Shown: positions 12,601 through 27,600, numbered from the stretch's first letter. The stretch: 64,000 bases of DNA from Azolla caroliniana (GCA_043228905.1 JBHGNT010000005.1:3100001-3164000), one strand, 5' to 3'. A program made the numbers and translations. The notes: generated from the sequence alone by a model not told the origin.

Positions 12601-15600
12601 CTATTGCAAACCCTTTCAATTGTCGTGGTCAAGACCCTATTTTTGTAGCCAATGATTGAGTTTAGCATTACAAGAATTAATGGAGCTAAAGAATGTTATG
12701 ATGATTCTTTGTTAATGAATATTTATTGTTTTCTATTTCAGCAGCTTCTCTCTATGCATCATGATTTCTTATGAGAAAAGTCCCAATCATCGTTGGTCTT
12801 CATACTCCATTATGGTGTGGAGAGGGCGAAGTTCTTGTTTGATGAAGCAACAGCAAACATAGTGTTCTGATTCCACATCATGATAGCACAATTGGAAGAT
12901 CTGTTGTTCCATAGGCTTGCTTATGTATCTTCCTGTGTCAATCTCTCTATCTGAGACGAAGATCTCTTGGGACATTCTATCACACTATGAGCAAATGAGA
13001 GATGTGCATCGATAAAAGAGGGGCCTGATGATGAATCTGTCCTCCAACGTGTAAAAAGACGGCCTTTAGTGGGCCACCTTCCTATTAAACTTCTTGAGGG
13101 TTGATCCACGTTCTTTCATTATCCAATTCAAGTGATCTAGTGCATTCACATTTTTCCATTAGCTGAACAAATCTCAAAGATCACTTGCCCAACTCGGAAC
13201 CAGCACGTTGCTCCTGTGCCTTATAGGGAAAAGGATGTGTAGACATGTTTTTGACTTTAGTCACATATATATAGACTCATTCTAGAACAATCACCTCAAT
13301 TGGTCTTCTTTTTTATTTGTTGTTCTCAAAGATGAGACAACACTCAAGATGTAATCTCTTGTTTGGTCTTATAGGCCATTTTGGCCTCTTAAAAGGCGTT
13401 AATATATCTTTCTTTCTTGAAGCATACTAGAGTATAGTGATGTGCTTTTTATTCGCAAATGGTGCCAATATCTGCAACCCAATGTCCTTGTTGTGGTCGG
13501 TGGGCCAAATGAATAGCTTTGTCATATTGGTATAATTGTTCTTGCAGTTATTTATGGATTTATAGTATGCAACTTTCTTACTCAAGGCGGTTCTCCATAC
13601 ATTTTTTCCACTTGTCACATCTATGATTGATTGGATATCTACAACAAAGGTATTTTCTTACTCAAGGCGATTCTCCATACATTTTTTCCACCTATCACAT
13701 CTATGATTGATGGGATATCTACAACAAAGGTATTCGGAGACTATGGAAATCATTGAGAGGTTGTCATTTTTGTACTTGAAGGTAGACAGGTGTCAACCAT
13801 AAAATTCTAAAAAACATTTTCATTGATAAAGGGAAATTGATATATTAACGTCTTTTAAGATTCTAGAATGGCCAATGAGACCAAGCAAGAGATTACATCT
13901 CAAAGTGTTATCTTGTCTTTGAGAATAGCAAACCGAGATAAATGCAACTAAGTAAAAAAGTAAACAGAAATAGAATAATAAGATGTGACTAAAGAATCTC
14001 GTCATCTATAAACGTGAGATTCTCAAGTCAGATATGTTGCAATTTTGTCTTCAAAAGATCTTTAACATAGGTTGATCCAGAATGGGGAGGTCTCCAAAAC
14101 AATGGTAAGAGATAATGGCCTTTATCTATCAATGACAAGGGTGGTGAGATCATGGTCCACGAGGCTGGGGCTACATGCACAACAAATTGTGTAGCCTTTC
14201 ATTGACTTGTAGCGTGACTAGGAGTGGGAGGATAGAATGGCCTAAGAGACCAAACAAGAGATTACATCTCAAAGTGTTATCTTGCCTTTGAGAATAGCAA
14301 ACCAAGTTAAATGCAACAAGTAAAAAAGTAAACAGAAATAGAATAAGATGTGACTAAAGAATCTCCTAAACCCTAAACGTGAGATTCTCTAGTCAGATAT
14401 TGCAATTTTGTTTTCAAAAGATCTCTAACATAGTTGATCCAGAATGGGGGGGTCTCCAAAACAATGGCAAGAGGTAATGGCCTTTATCTATCAATGATAA
14501 GGGTGGTGAGATCATGGTCCACGAGGCCGGGGCTACATGCACAACAAATTGGTATTGCCCCTTTCCAATGTCGTGGTGGATCATTGAGTTGTGTAGCCCT
14601 TCAATGACTTGTAGTGTGACTAGGAGTGGGAGGCTAAATAAAGTTGTAATTATTCTTTGTTGATGAGCTTGTGTGGCTGTATTGTTATCCTTCAACAACA
14701 GTTTCTCCTTGTGTTTCTTGAGTTCTAGCAAGAAAAGCCCGAAGCATTGCTGGTCCTCATTTTCCATTACCTTTTGTAGTGGCTGAAGCCTTACTTAAAG
14801 AGGCAATGATATCTCCCTCTTATTTCATAGAAATAGTACAACGACATCTCCCTCTTATTTAATAAAAACGGTACAATGATAAGCATATTGTTCTTCAGAT
14901 TACATTCCTTGATGACATGATTGGCAAATTCTTTCCTCTAGAGGTATTTGTTCATATTTGCTTGCCTCTATCTCTAACTGATGCGAAGAAGTTGGCAACT
15001 GCCTATCATACTACATAATGCATAGATATTCATGTGCTCCAAATTTAGCTAAATATGATCTCTTCTTCTTCCTTACGAGACATTGGAAGATTGTTCTTGC
15101 TTGTATGTGTGTATAAATCCCCAAGTTCGCATTGCAAGCATCTCATATCATGACATTCCTCATCGTACCAACTCTTTTGTATGATTCAACCAGGTTTGGT
15201 GCATTGTCAGTTTTGTGGGAAAAGGCATTTCTGGCTGCCTTGTGCAATGACCGTAGCAATACTTGTGTAAATTCATCTAGGGGTGTGAAAGGATCCAATT
15301 CTAGTATGCCATTATATACTCCACAACTATACACATAAATTGTATCCAGATTAAATTGGTATTTCGCCATCCCACTCTCCTTAGCGTATTCATCCCTTGT
15401 GCATCTATCCTTCACCTCAAAGTGTAGATATGCATGACCTATTGCCAAGCCAATAGGTCTATAAGAGATAGTGAACTTTGTTATTTCAGGTTTAAGAGAT
15501 GGAGATCCCATCAGGTAATTGACTTTGCTTGCTCCTCCTTTTGGGTTCCATAATGTCAAAGAATCTGATCTAGGCTATTGTGACACATTATATATCACAA

Positions 15601-18600
15601 ATCCATGTGCACTTCCGAAGGCTAGAAGGTGTTTGCCAAATTTTTGTTGCTTCACTCATATCTTGAGTTTGTTGCATTAGACCAACTTCTTCTGTGATAA
15701 TTTCTCCATACATAGCCTCACTGGTGTCAAACATAGTTGGCAGTTCATCCTTAGTTCGTGCATTGAAGTCCCCAATTAGTAATATATCCCCATAGTACCA
15801 AATCTTAATATATCATCATAAACTTGCATCTACATCTTTATGCACAACATGCACTCTATGATGGCGATCCTTTTTGTACAACTCAGCCACTCTTCTGGCG
15901 CCTCTAGTGCTTTTTCGTATCTGTAGTTGGAGAGAAATAATTTAGATGGATGTGTCAACACTGGGCTCATTAAGTTGATAGTAGATGTTTAGTGTCGAAT
16001 CTCTTGGCATGAGTCCAATGCATTTTCATGTGGGTACTCAATCTCAACTATCCATCATAATGTTGAACCACCAACGCCTCATACAAGAAACTGAAAAAGG
16101 TTCACGAATTATGTGCTTTATATATACATGCCACCACATCAATGTGGGAAGGATGTTTTTCAGTCCCGCTTTCTTTGTTTTCACATCCAATGCTTTAGCG
16201 TGACATCAAAGTTTGAGCACAAAGACTAGAACAAGCCATGAAAACCCCATAAAAAAACAAATTGAGGCAATGTCTTCAAGAAATTTGTAATTGAAGTGTC
16301 AATTTGGAGATATAAAATTATTGAACACCATATTATTAACTGTCTAAAATACTTAGAATAAGTTATTGGCCTCGAGGGATGTTACATTGTCCATTTTTAA
16401 ATGAAATGAGAGCATGCATAAGTTGTCATTTCTTTTTTCAGCTTGAAAACAATGTTTAATTTCATATTAATCTGTAATATCTCTCCTTCAAACTTCATTT
16501 GCAGGTGATCCCTTCATGCGTTTATATAGTGCATCATGGTTGAATGACATCAATAAATTTCCACCCTCAAGCATGGCTGTTTTGAGTGTGATTCCAAAGG
16601 ATAAGTATGGAAATGTAATAAAAAATGTATCTTCCAAGCCATACCCATTCATAGATCTGCATCTTCGGACTGTATTTGATAAAGAAAATATAAGCTCCTC
16701 TGTCACATTTGGAGTAAATGCAATTGCGCAGAGAATCGCATTCACTGTATCTACTAGGACTGGGAGCTCTCTGCTTCATGTTGGTGATGGAGCTAATACA
16801 GAGATTCAAGGTTCACCATTCTTTTACACAGTAGTACCTGGTCAGTATATTATATGACTCTTATGCCCACAGGAATACATTGACAGATGCTATTTTATTT
16901 TTTTGTTATCTAACATATAGATTCACATCCAACGACGCAAAGGTTTTAGTTTTCCTTTCTACGTTTTGCCATATAGAATTCATAGAAAATTCCAACCATT
17001 CAGTTGAATTCCAGTTAATTAACAATTGTGATTTTTGAGTTTTCAGGTTCTTCATTCCTTTAGAGCATTTAGATTATATTGTTTGTTTAGAATATGCTGA
17101 TCACGACTACCAAATTTTAAGATGCCTGTTTCAGTAATAACCTATGTAAGGCTTTTTGGAAATTTTAATACCTATGCTTGGAGATTCATTTTCTTCTTGA
17201 TTTTGTTAGGCCTGATATCGATTGCACATTGTAAGGGAGTTTGGCCAAGTAATTCAAGCAGTTTTATAGCTGGAAGTGAAGCTGCATTGCATGTGATCTT
17301 ACGCGATTCTTATGGAAATATTCTTAGTGGCTTCATTAACTTTAATGTCTCATTTATAGAAAGAGTTCATAACACAACATTTTTACAAGTCACAACTACA
17401 TTGGAACGAGGAAGCATCAATGAAACAATTAAATTTAAAATAACTAAAGCTGGAACATATGCAATAAGGGTGGAATTTAATAATACTAGTATTTCAGGGT
17501 CCCCCTTTCTTTTCACTATTACTCCAGGTATTTCAGGGTTCCCCTTTCTTTTCACTATTTCACTATATACATTTCATGATAGGGGATAGCTAACTCTGTA
17601 GGTCATGACTCACATATATCAATGTCATTCTTGCAACAGGACTTTTATCATCTGATGCCTCAACTGGTGGACCTTGGGAAGGATCTAAAAATGATTTCGA
17701 AGTTGGAAATCAAGCAATTTTGCTTGCCAAGTTGATTGATATCTATGGAAATCAAATTGCAGCTTCTGATGGTCTTCCAAAGAATTGGGATAGTTCTGTC
17801 ACCTGCAATGGTGGGCAGTTTACATCACCAGTCAAAGTTGATCTCTTACCAGGACCCAACTCCAGCTATGTAAAAGTTGATTTTCTCGTTAATTTCTCTT
17901 CAAATTGTTCACTTTCTATTACAAATGGAACAGGAAATATTATTGGTTCCCCATTCCATTTCACAAGCTTTCAAGGTATTCCAAAGGGTTTTTCCTACAT
18001 CAGTTAACTGTTGCGCACATGGATGATTTTTTATTTTTGCTGAATATGAGTGCTATTCAGGTAACTTGTCCATTCCCAATTGTGTTGGTGAATGGATGAA
18101 CGCCACAAATATCTTTATGGCTGGGAAGCAAATGCTTTTTAAGGTTGTTTTTAGAGACACCAATAACAGACTTGTTCAACCAATATTCCCATATACACAA
18201 TTTTCTGTAAACATCAGTAGATCAAAAACTGAGAAATATGCAGGAACCATCAACTTTGTGCCTTGGACAAGCTCTTCATATGGAATCATTGAGTTCAAGA
18301 TTACGTCATCTGGGAACTATTCACTATTTGTTGGAAATAGCATTACTGAAATTGAAGGCTCACCTTTCCCCTTCACTGTATTAGCAGGTATATGTGCTTC
18401 TTATTCATTCTTTCTCAAGGTTAATTTAATAAATTAATTATTTCAACTAAGTGTTTTAATAGGAGGGGATGATACAATCATATGATGTACAAGATGATGG
18501 CGATCAGTGAATGTACCATTTCCCTCTTAGGTTGTTAGCAGCAATAATAGCTCCTTTATATTAATGTCTCTTTATATTAATTCTCCTTTTTGCATTATAA

Positions 18601-21600
18601 AAATCTGCACCAAATCTGAAAGTTTGTTCATCAATAACAATTTCCTGTCTCTTACATCATATTTCTTTATATCCCTATCTGTAGGTTCAGTATTTGGTGG
18701 ATATTGTCAAGGCTCCTGGTTAGACAATGCGAATACATTTTTTGCTGGACAAAGTGCTACCTTCCTAATTGAACGATATGATGTATATCGAAACAAAATA
18801 AGTCCCAATGTGAGTGAGATTTTATATTATCATGTAACACATGCCGATGGAAGCTTGCTGAGTGAGGGAAATGGTCTTGATGGCTTTACTAGACATGATA
18901 ATATTACCTTCATTACTACATTTTCTGGAACATTTCTATTACATGTTAGCGACACTGCACAAAATGATATCATTGGATCACCCTTCCACTTTATTGTCAC
19001 TGCAGGTATTAAGATGTTCTAAATTCGATTTGAAAGTAAAGATTCTAAGTTAAATACACATTGTCTTTCATAATGCCCCTAATCAACTTTCCAGATTGTG
19101 ATTATTTAAATTCGAGAAGAAAACAGAGTGACTGATATTTGTTTCATCCTTAGCCTTGTTACTATGTCTCATATTCCATAACATATAAGTTTATGTTCAT
19201 ACTTGAGCTTGAATTAAAGAGTCCTTTTGGCACAGTGCAAGATGTGTAAGGTCTCTCAGGAATGTTAGAAAAATTGTAGATAGGAGATGGCCAGGAGATA
19301 CAAGTGTCACACTTACCACAAGGGAGATAATGGCTGAGCCTGAAGAGTCAGAGGGATGCCTTCATGCTCTTCCAGAGTTTAGGGCAGGTGCATTGGCACA
19401 CACATTTTCATTAATTTCTCTATCTGCGAAATTTCATGGCATTACACAACCCTGCAAGTTGTTTATCATGCATGGATCTAAACATACCATCTGAGGGGCT
19501 TTGGCTATTACAATTGTATATTTTCTTTGTGTTATCCTCATAATTAGGCAAAACCGTAACTTTGACAGACTTTTTTTAGAGCTGATATAAATTCTTGTTT
19601 TTTGAAACCATTGCCTATCTCCTCAGCCTCTACTCCTGTAAGCTTTTCCTTCTTAAGATCACAACATGGAACCATTCAAGATGGAGAGGTGTCAACTGAG
19701 GAAAGCACCCTGTGTCAAGTGATAATGGACTGGATTGTCAATAGCTATACCTTGTGGAATGAATGAGTTCAAAACTTTCAGCTCCCCAAGCTGGATCTGC
19801 AGGGTTCTCCTTTCCAGTTAGCCATAGGGTTCTAAAACCCAAGTATTGGGACCAAATAAACCAGTTAGGGCCATGGGTCCAATGAATGTCTATGTGCACA
19901 GCAAATTATTATTGCCTATCTATTGTAACCCTTTTCAGATATTGTTGTTGAGCCCCCTGACTTGTATTGGCCTTTATTGACTTTGAGCATGGGAGAGAGG
20001 TATTATTGTGCTAAAGAAAGTTGTGATGGCTCTCTTTTTAATGAGGTTTTCTGGTCAGATTATTATCCTTCCAGTAGAATAGCAAACATAGTGTTCCTCT
20101 GATTTCACATCCTGATGGTGCATCTGTTCTTCCATTGCTTTGTCAATATCTACCTGATCTGAAGAGGTTTGATCTGCCATATCACACTGCTGAGTGCATG
20201 AGGGAAAAATGTGTCCATATAAGATAACGTACAAGGTTTGAGCTGCCATATCACACTAGGGTGTGCATGACCATTTTGTGACAAGTGTAAACATGGGGGC
20301 TTTATGGTGGGCCATGTTTCATACGAGCGACATTGTAGGGTTGATCCACCTTCCATTATCAAATTTAATATCAGCAAAATCCAAGCTATAGTAAAAAGGC
20401 AAAAATCATCCTGAGAGGAAAATTATACAACATTGTATGTTTGTACAAAGGAAACAGCACAAAAGAACTGTTAAATATAGAAATTGAATGTGAGGTGGTT
20501 ATATATGATTGCAAAGGAACAAAGGTTCTAGCTTACCATTCCCCCTTCGCCCGCCCACCACAGAGTCCGAATACTAATTTCTTGGGATGTGAATTTGCAT
20601 CTATAGTGCTGTATATAAAATACACTTATCGAATAAAAACAATTGTTACATATGGGATAGATCCCAACATTAGTAGCTTGAGATTGAATATTAAGACATA
20701 AAAAAAGCAAGAATACAGGTAACACACATAACATACATGCGTACATGCATATGTGTTCATATAACCATCAACTCTCTCATTAATATAGATTGTGAATTCT
20801 TTACTTACGGAGATTTATATTTCTCTGCGTTACAGGATATGTAAATGCTAAAAATTGCTTAAGTCGATGGCCAAATAATAATAATATTTTTGAAGCTGGC
20901 TCAATAGGCTCATTGCAAATACTTCTGATGGATATAAACAATAACAGCATCAAGCTATCGAGTGGACATAACCATAATTATGGATTGAAAGCTTTTGCTA
21001 GTTCCCCAAATGGTGCAAAAGGAGTTTTTGATTTAGTAGTGGTTCCAGATATCACAAGTGGCTATGTTAATGTAACTTTCTTTGCTGTCCTTGCTGGAAA
21101 TTACCATTTACATGTGCAAATTCTTTCAGACAGCATCGAAGGGTCACCTTTTTCTTTTTCAATAGTAGCAGGTATGATCTTCTATATTTTCCTTTGTGTT
21201 CTCCCTATCCTGGATAAGGCCACTCATCAAACAATGTAAAAATCTATAAGAGTTATATAGATGTAAAATCTGATTTAAAAATTGATCTTGTAATCTGTAT
21301 TAGTATCAGCAATTAATGACACAAGATGTTTCTCTGGATTTTCACCCTTACGAGGGATTTAAAGAGAATGTTTAAATTTAAGATTCCTAACTGAGATATT
21401 CATCCAAATCCAGCCTATATACCCCTCATACGCTCTGAGAGATCTATTGGATCCCTGTTTCACCACCTCAAATTGCATTAATGTGTTGTTTGGCTATTTT
21501 GTGTATAAATTGTCCTTCTCTGGGCATATAAAGTTTCAGCTAAACCAGCAAAGGGAATCTGTTAGTTTGGTGCAAATAACATCTGGGATATTGGTTGGTA

Positions 21601-24600
21601 CACAATTGTTGCATATTTTCTAGATTGAGATGGAAGGATTTTCTCATTTCCTTGTCCTATCACTAATGAAGTGATGGAAATGACCGTTGGTGTTTTAGAT
21701 GGACTTTCATCAAAATACTTTATATATTCCAAAGGAAAAATAGATTATATATTTGAAGGAGTTCATTGTGATCACTCTTGTATGTGCATTGGTGAAGTGA
21801 ATGAGGGAAGGGGGTAATCAGATGAGGCAGACATGTCGAGCAACAAAGAAGGAAGAAAGAAAGATCTATTAAGAGGCCAAAATGGCCTATAAGATCAAAC
21901 AAGAAATGTCCAAATGTTTTCATGCCTTTGAAAACAACAAACCAAAAACTATGTAACTAAAGAAAAGTTACTAAGGAATCTAGATATCTAAGCATTCAAG
22001 ATTCTGAAATTAGATAGATTGAAACTTCTGCCTTCCCAGATGGCTGTTGTCACGTGAACACGCTTGCATGTGCTACTCCAGCAGAACCGCAAGGGACCTG
22101 AACTAGGGAGGACATGATGCTGTACAAAAAGACCTTTAAACCCCTTCGTGGGTTACCTTGTGTAGTTTCTCTTTTTGGGAAATAAAGCAATCAGAATCGA
22201 AGATTAGATTCAAGTTGAGGAAACCCTTTGACTCACTCAAGGAAACCTTAGAATCGAGCAAATTTTAAAGTTGAGGAAATCTTAGGCTCAAGGAAACCTC
22301 AGAGTACCGGATTTTCCTTCCTTTTACTAGCGCCTCAATTCGACCTCTCTCTCTATCTATTGGTGTTAAGTAAGGATGCCCACTCTCACCAACTCTATTA
22401 GGTCTATGCATTGATGAATTAGAAGAAATGGTTGTCAAGTTTGTAATTGGAAGAAATGTTAGTCTTACGCTTTTTTTTTATATGCAGATGATGTAGTGTT
22501 TTTTGCAAATACTTTAGGAGATGCACAAAAGCTTATGAAGGCATTGGAAAAATTTTACATGCATATTAAATTAAGTGTCAATAAGTCTAAAACAAAGATT
22601 CTGCTTGTAAAGAGCCAAAAAAAAGATAAACCATGCATTATGTACAATAATGAGCCACTTAAATGTGTGGAAAGCTTCAAATATCTTGGCCTTGAAGTTC
22701 CTTTAAATCATAGATAAAATAACTGTGTTGCACATTGCTTAAAGGTGGGAAAGAGAGCATATTATGCATTTGAGAACACATGCAATCATGGAGATATTAA
22801 GTGTTGGGTTCTCAAGAAGTACCTTTTCAACACTTTGGTGACACCGGTGTTTCTATATAGACATACATCTATCCTATGCACTGTGTAGTGTGATAGGGCA
22901 GCAACGAACTTCATCACATCAGTTAGAGATTGAGGTAGGCAGATATACACGAATGCCTCTAGAAGAAAGAATTTGCCAATCCAGTCATCATGGAGTGCAA
23001 TCCAAAGAACACTATGTTTGTCACTATAGTGTCTTTTATGAAATCCGAGGGATATACCATTGCCTCTTTAAACAAGGCTTTGGCCTGCTATACAAGGTAA
23101 TGGAATATGAGGACCAACGGTGCCTAGGACTTTTCTTGCTAGAACTCAAGAGACATAGGGAAAAGTTGTTGAAGGAAAATAGTACAACCACACAAGCTCA
23201 TCTACAAAGAACAATCACAACTTTCTTTAGCCCCATCACTCCTATTAATGCTGTAAGTCAATCAAGGAAATAACAAAGAGGTTACAATAGATCGAGCAAT
23301 GGCTGCACGTAGGCCCTAGCTGCACAGAGCACGACCTCGTCACCCTTGTCATCGATAGATAAAGGCCATTATCTCCTGCCATTGCAAGTGCTTCCCTCGC
23401 TTCGGAAACTGCTCCATTCTGGATCAACCTATGCTAGAGATCTTTCGAAGACAAAAGTTATAACATATCTAGCTTGAGAATCTCACATGTGCCAAAATCC
23501 AGATTCCCTTGTCTCTTTTTATCTTATCTACTTTTATATTTATTGAGTAATATTTCTTTTATTTTGATTTGTTGTTCTCAAAGACGATACAACACTTAAG
23601 ATGTAATCTCTTGTTTGGTCTTATACATCAGTTTGGCCTCTTAAGGGACATTAATATATCTTTCTTTCTATCTCTTACACCAGAGCTAAGTATACTTCTT
23701 TATTACAATAAGACTAAGACCCCAAACTCTAGTTTTACTAGGAAAATCCATTTTACAAAATAGGGTATACAATGTTACAAATGGGGAATACAAAGAGACG
23801 TTTACAAGGGAAATAGTTGCATAGAAAAGGGAGTAATCTAGGAGGAAGGACTCTTGAGTTTTAGTGGGCCAAAAAAACAAGCAATGACGGTTGTGCCTTT
23901 CGTTATAGTTTCCACACCCTCTTTCATGTCCTCCTGAAGAACTTAAATGAAATATCCCAAAGAAGAGGAAGTATACACTCACCAACCACAAAACAACCCA
24001 AAGTAAGAAGAAGTAGAAGTGGCATAATATCCACTCTCACACCACACACCATAAAACCATAAAACCCAAGAAAGATGAAAGAAAAAAATAGAAACTCAAG
24101 AAATAAAGACCTCCAAACTCTTGAACTCCCAAAACCCCTTAAAACGCCTAACCTCAAAATGAACCCTCAACTTACCCTCTTTATAGTGGGAGAAGAGTCT
24201 AACCCACTGCATTAAATGCCCTCCACCATCCCTCCATAAAAATACTAAAAGAGAAATAATTAGTGACTATACACATGCTAGGATTTGAGTACGATACCTT
24301 TTCCTACACGTAACACAATCAATAGCCTTAACATCTAGGCCATTGACTTTTTATTACTCTGTACTATTTATATTTTAGTTACATATTTACATTGATTTCT
24401 ACATTTTCTCTTTTTCCCTGCATTTGCCTACATTCCACCTTTGGTCCAGCCAGATGATGACACTGTGTGCTATGTGTGTGGCACATTGCTATTGGCACAT
24501 CCATTCTTCTTTAGATTTGTGTGCATATTTGCCTATCTCAATTTCTAACTGATATACAGAGTTCCTAAGTTGCCTTATCACAATATAGAGGACATAAGAT

Positions 24601-27600
24601 AGATGTGCCCATATAACAAATCCATCTAACAACGTAAGTAAAAAGAGTGCCTGGCCCTTACACTTGGGGGCCAAAATGAACTGAATTAGATATTACATCT
24701 TTAAATTGTCTCATCTTGGAAAATCACAAAGTACATTAGAGTGACATTGATATATCATTTGATTTCATTACACTTCATGAAGCAAGTTTGATGAAGATTT
24801 AGTTTTTTCACGTTATGTTGACACGTGCCACATTTTGCAGGAAAAGTATCATCTATCAACTGCATCGGGACATGGTTCAATGGAATTAATACGTTTGACA
24901 CTGGGAATATAGCAAATCTTCTTATTGAATTTAGAGATGCATTCAACAACAATCTAACTGGACTGAACAGACCATTATTTCTCAACATTTCAGGCGAAGG
25001 AGAAACGGAGCTTGTAGAATATAAGATAAAACACATAGAGCTGAAACAAGGGTATGAAATAGTATCATTTCCTGTGACAGTATCAGGAAATACCTCATTA
25101 CATGTGGTGGATGTCAACAATTTGGAAATACAAGGATCGCCATTTCATTTGACTGTTAATCCAGGTAGCTCTTATCTTTGTCTTATGTACAGTTAGAGTT
25201 TCCTTATTTGCATAAATATGAGGAAACGCTAACTGCACTTAACTAAGAACGTCATCACTTTAAATTATTGTAAAGATTACGCTGCTTAAATATATATAAG
25301 AGGATATAAGTGAAATTTCAACTTGAAGACCAGCATAATTGTTTGTATTGAATGTATTTGCCTGACTGTTACGAATTTGAAATCAATTCACGAAGCACAT
25401 AAATTGTGATTTTACATTACAAATTTTTAACCAGCACATGGTGGAAGTGCATCAGATTATGCTTTGCACTCAATGTCTTGTTTAAGGTAATACATTCCCA
25501 GGAAAACACAATTACAGGTTTCTGTTGTCGTAAATAGGCGTGACTTCAATATCCTATAGCTTCATGTAGCTTTCTGCTGTGACATCAGTATTTTTAGTCT
25601 CTTAAGTCTATTTTCTTTCTTTCAGAAAGAAACATATATTGATGTCTTTGAAGAGACTCAAATGGCCTACAAGACAGAACAAAAGATTACATCTGAAAAT
25701 ATTGTCTCATCTTTGAGAGCAAGAGCAAATACCACTTCGACAGAAACATATGAAGTAATTCACGAAGGACTGCCAGCAAGATCTGTCTGACCTGTCTCTA
25801 GGTTGATTTCTTAGGCCATTAAGCCGTTAAGATTTCTTTCTTTCTTTCAGAGTATCTGCCTGATTGGATATTGTAAATGTCACTTAAAATATATAATTAT
25901 CACTAGATACTATTACATTATTAAGATAACCATCAGTGATCCAAAAGAATACTAAATGAAGCCATATAATGAGCATCCATCAGGACAAAAACAGACACAA
26001 AATCAATCAAGACTTCAATACATGTAGTAAACCAAATTAAACGTGTGATATAAGTTTCATTTCTGAGGTGTAGGTGTAATCTATAACTCAGTTAAGCCCA
26101 TCAAAGATATAGCAATGGATGTGAATCCAATGTAAGTCCAGTTGGTTGTATCTGCAATGTGTGTAGTTCCCAAAAGTTTACATTTGTTAAACCAATGCAT
26201 AGATTATTATGGAAATCTAGCATTGGTATCTTAAAGCAAACAATTATGCAACAGGTCCACTTGCAGTGTTAAATACAACAGCAGAATGGCAATACGGGGT
26301 TTCAGTATTTCAAGTCTATGCAGCAGCCAAGCTATACATATACACGCGTGATGCATACCTGAATGCAATATCTATTGATGATGGAAAGTTGCAAGCTATA
26401 ATTTACAACGAGAATTCAATGGAACCTTACCCTTTTCCAGACATGACAATTACACGTCATGAGACTCTAAATTGGATTCAAGTCTTGTCATTTACTACAG
26501 GAGATCCTGGGAAATTCAATGTCTATATAAAAGATATATCTCTTCAGAGTATAGGATCATGTCCTTACAGATTTCAGGTCTTTGAAGGTAAAGAGAGTTA
26601 GCAGAAGCTGGATTACGCTTATTCTATATAGAAACAACCTCCCAAAAGGGAAGTGTGATGTGCATATCAAGATTTTCATTATGGGCATAGATGATAATGC
26701 TTAAAACTCCTGTTGTTTTGTTTATGAGATTATTTTCTCACCATATTTTTTTAATCAGAATGAAAAGATGGAAACTCTTGGATTCTCATATCTTTCTTCT
26801 GACAATGCAGGTAGCATTGACCCAAATGTTTCAGTGGTGACTGGCTTTGATCAGAATGTAGGAATTGCTGGAAAACCGAAAGTATTCTCTGTGGAGCTTC
26901 GAGATAGTGAAGGAAAGCCCACAAATTCTCCCTCTACCTCAGTTTCAGCACTTATTAAGTATAAAGAGAACGATCTTCCAGCTAGCTTCAGGTATAGTGC
27001 AGGAAAAATATATGAAGTGATGGCAATCACGGATTCAACTACAATATTTAATGTGACCATGACCCCAGGAACCACACCTGGTTCTTTTGAAGCTACATTT
27101 ACTCTAGGACCAGGCAGTTATGAGGTATATGTTTTGTGGACCAATGTACTACTGAATGGTGGCACACCCTATGTCATGGTAGTGAATTCAGGTATACTAT
27201 AAATTTAAAAAAAGATTCTGTTAAAATAAACTTTTTGTTTGCAAACATTTTTGCGTTCACCTTATTGAAGATGATGTGTTTGAAAATAGAGGAGATTGAT
27301 AGTTCATTGGTTTTCTTGAGGGAATGATACAGAACACTGGGTTCTTCTTCAGGCCACTATAAGAGTGTATCATATTGAATCTCTACGATTGTTCTTTCCA
27401 GAGGAAGCATTTTAAAGAATGCTTTCAGGCACTAATGAGATCTTTTGGAGATGATTTTATTATACTCCTAGTTCAAGAAACCATATGCCATAGTACATTA
27501 GCATTTTTGCAGGGGACATCTGCCTATAAAGTTCTTTTGGCATTGTAGCCAAAAAAAGAGAAACTCAGTCTAGTTAGTTAGATTAGTTTTGAATGCATTT

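Noticed and set aside
23680-24245. Possible solo LTR on the minus strand (a similar-looking tract lies at ~11890-12210)
   Set aside because: The composition and TATA/polyA-like signals are suggestive, but no TG..CA ends, TSD or second copy could be established.
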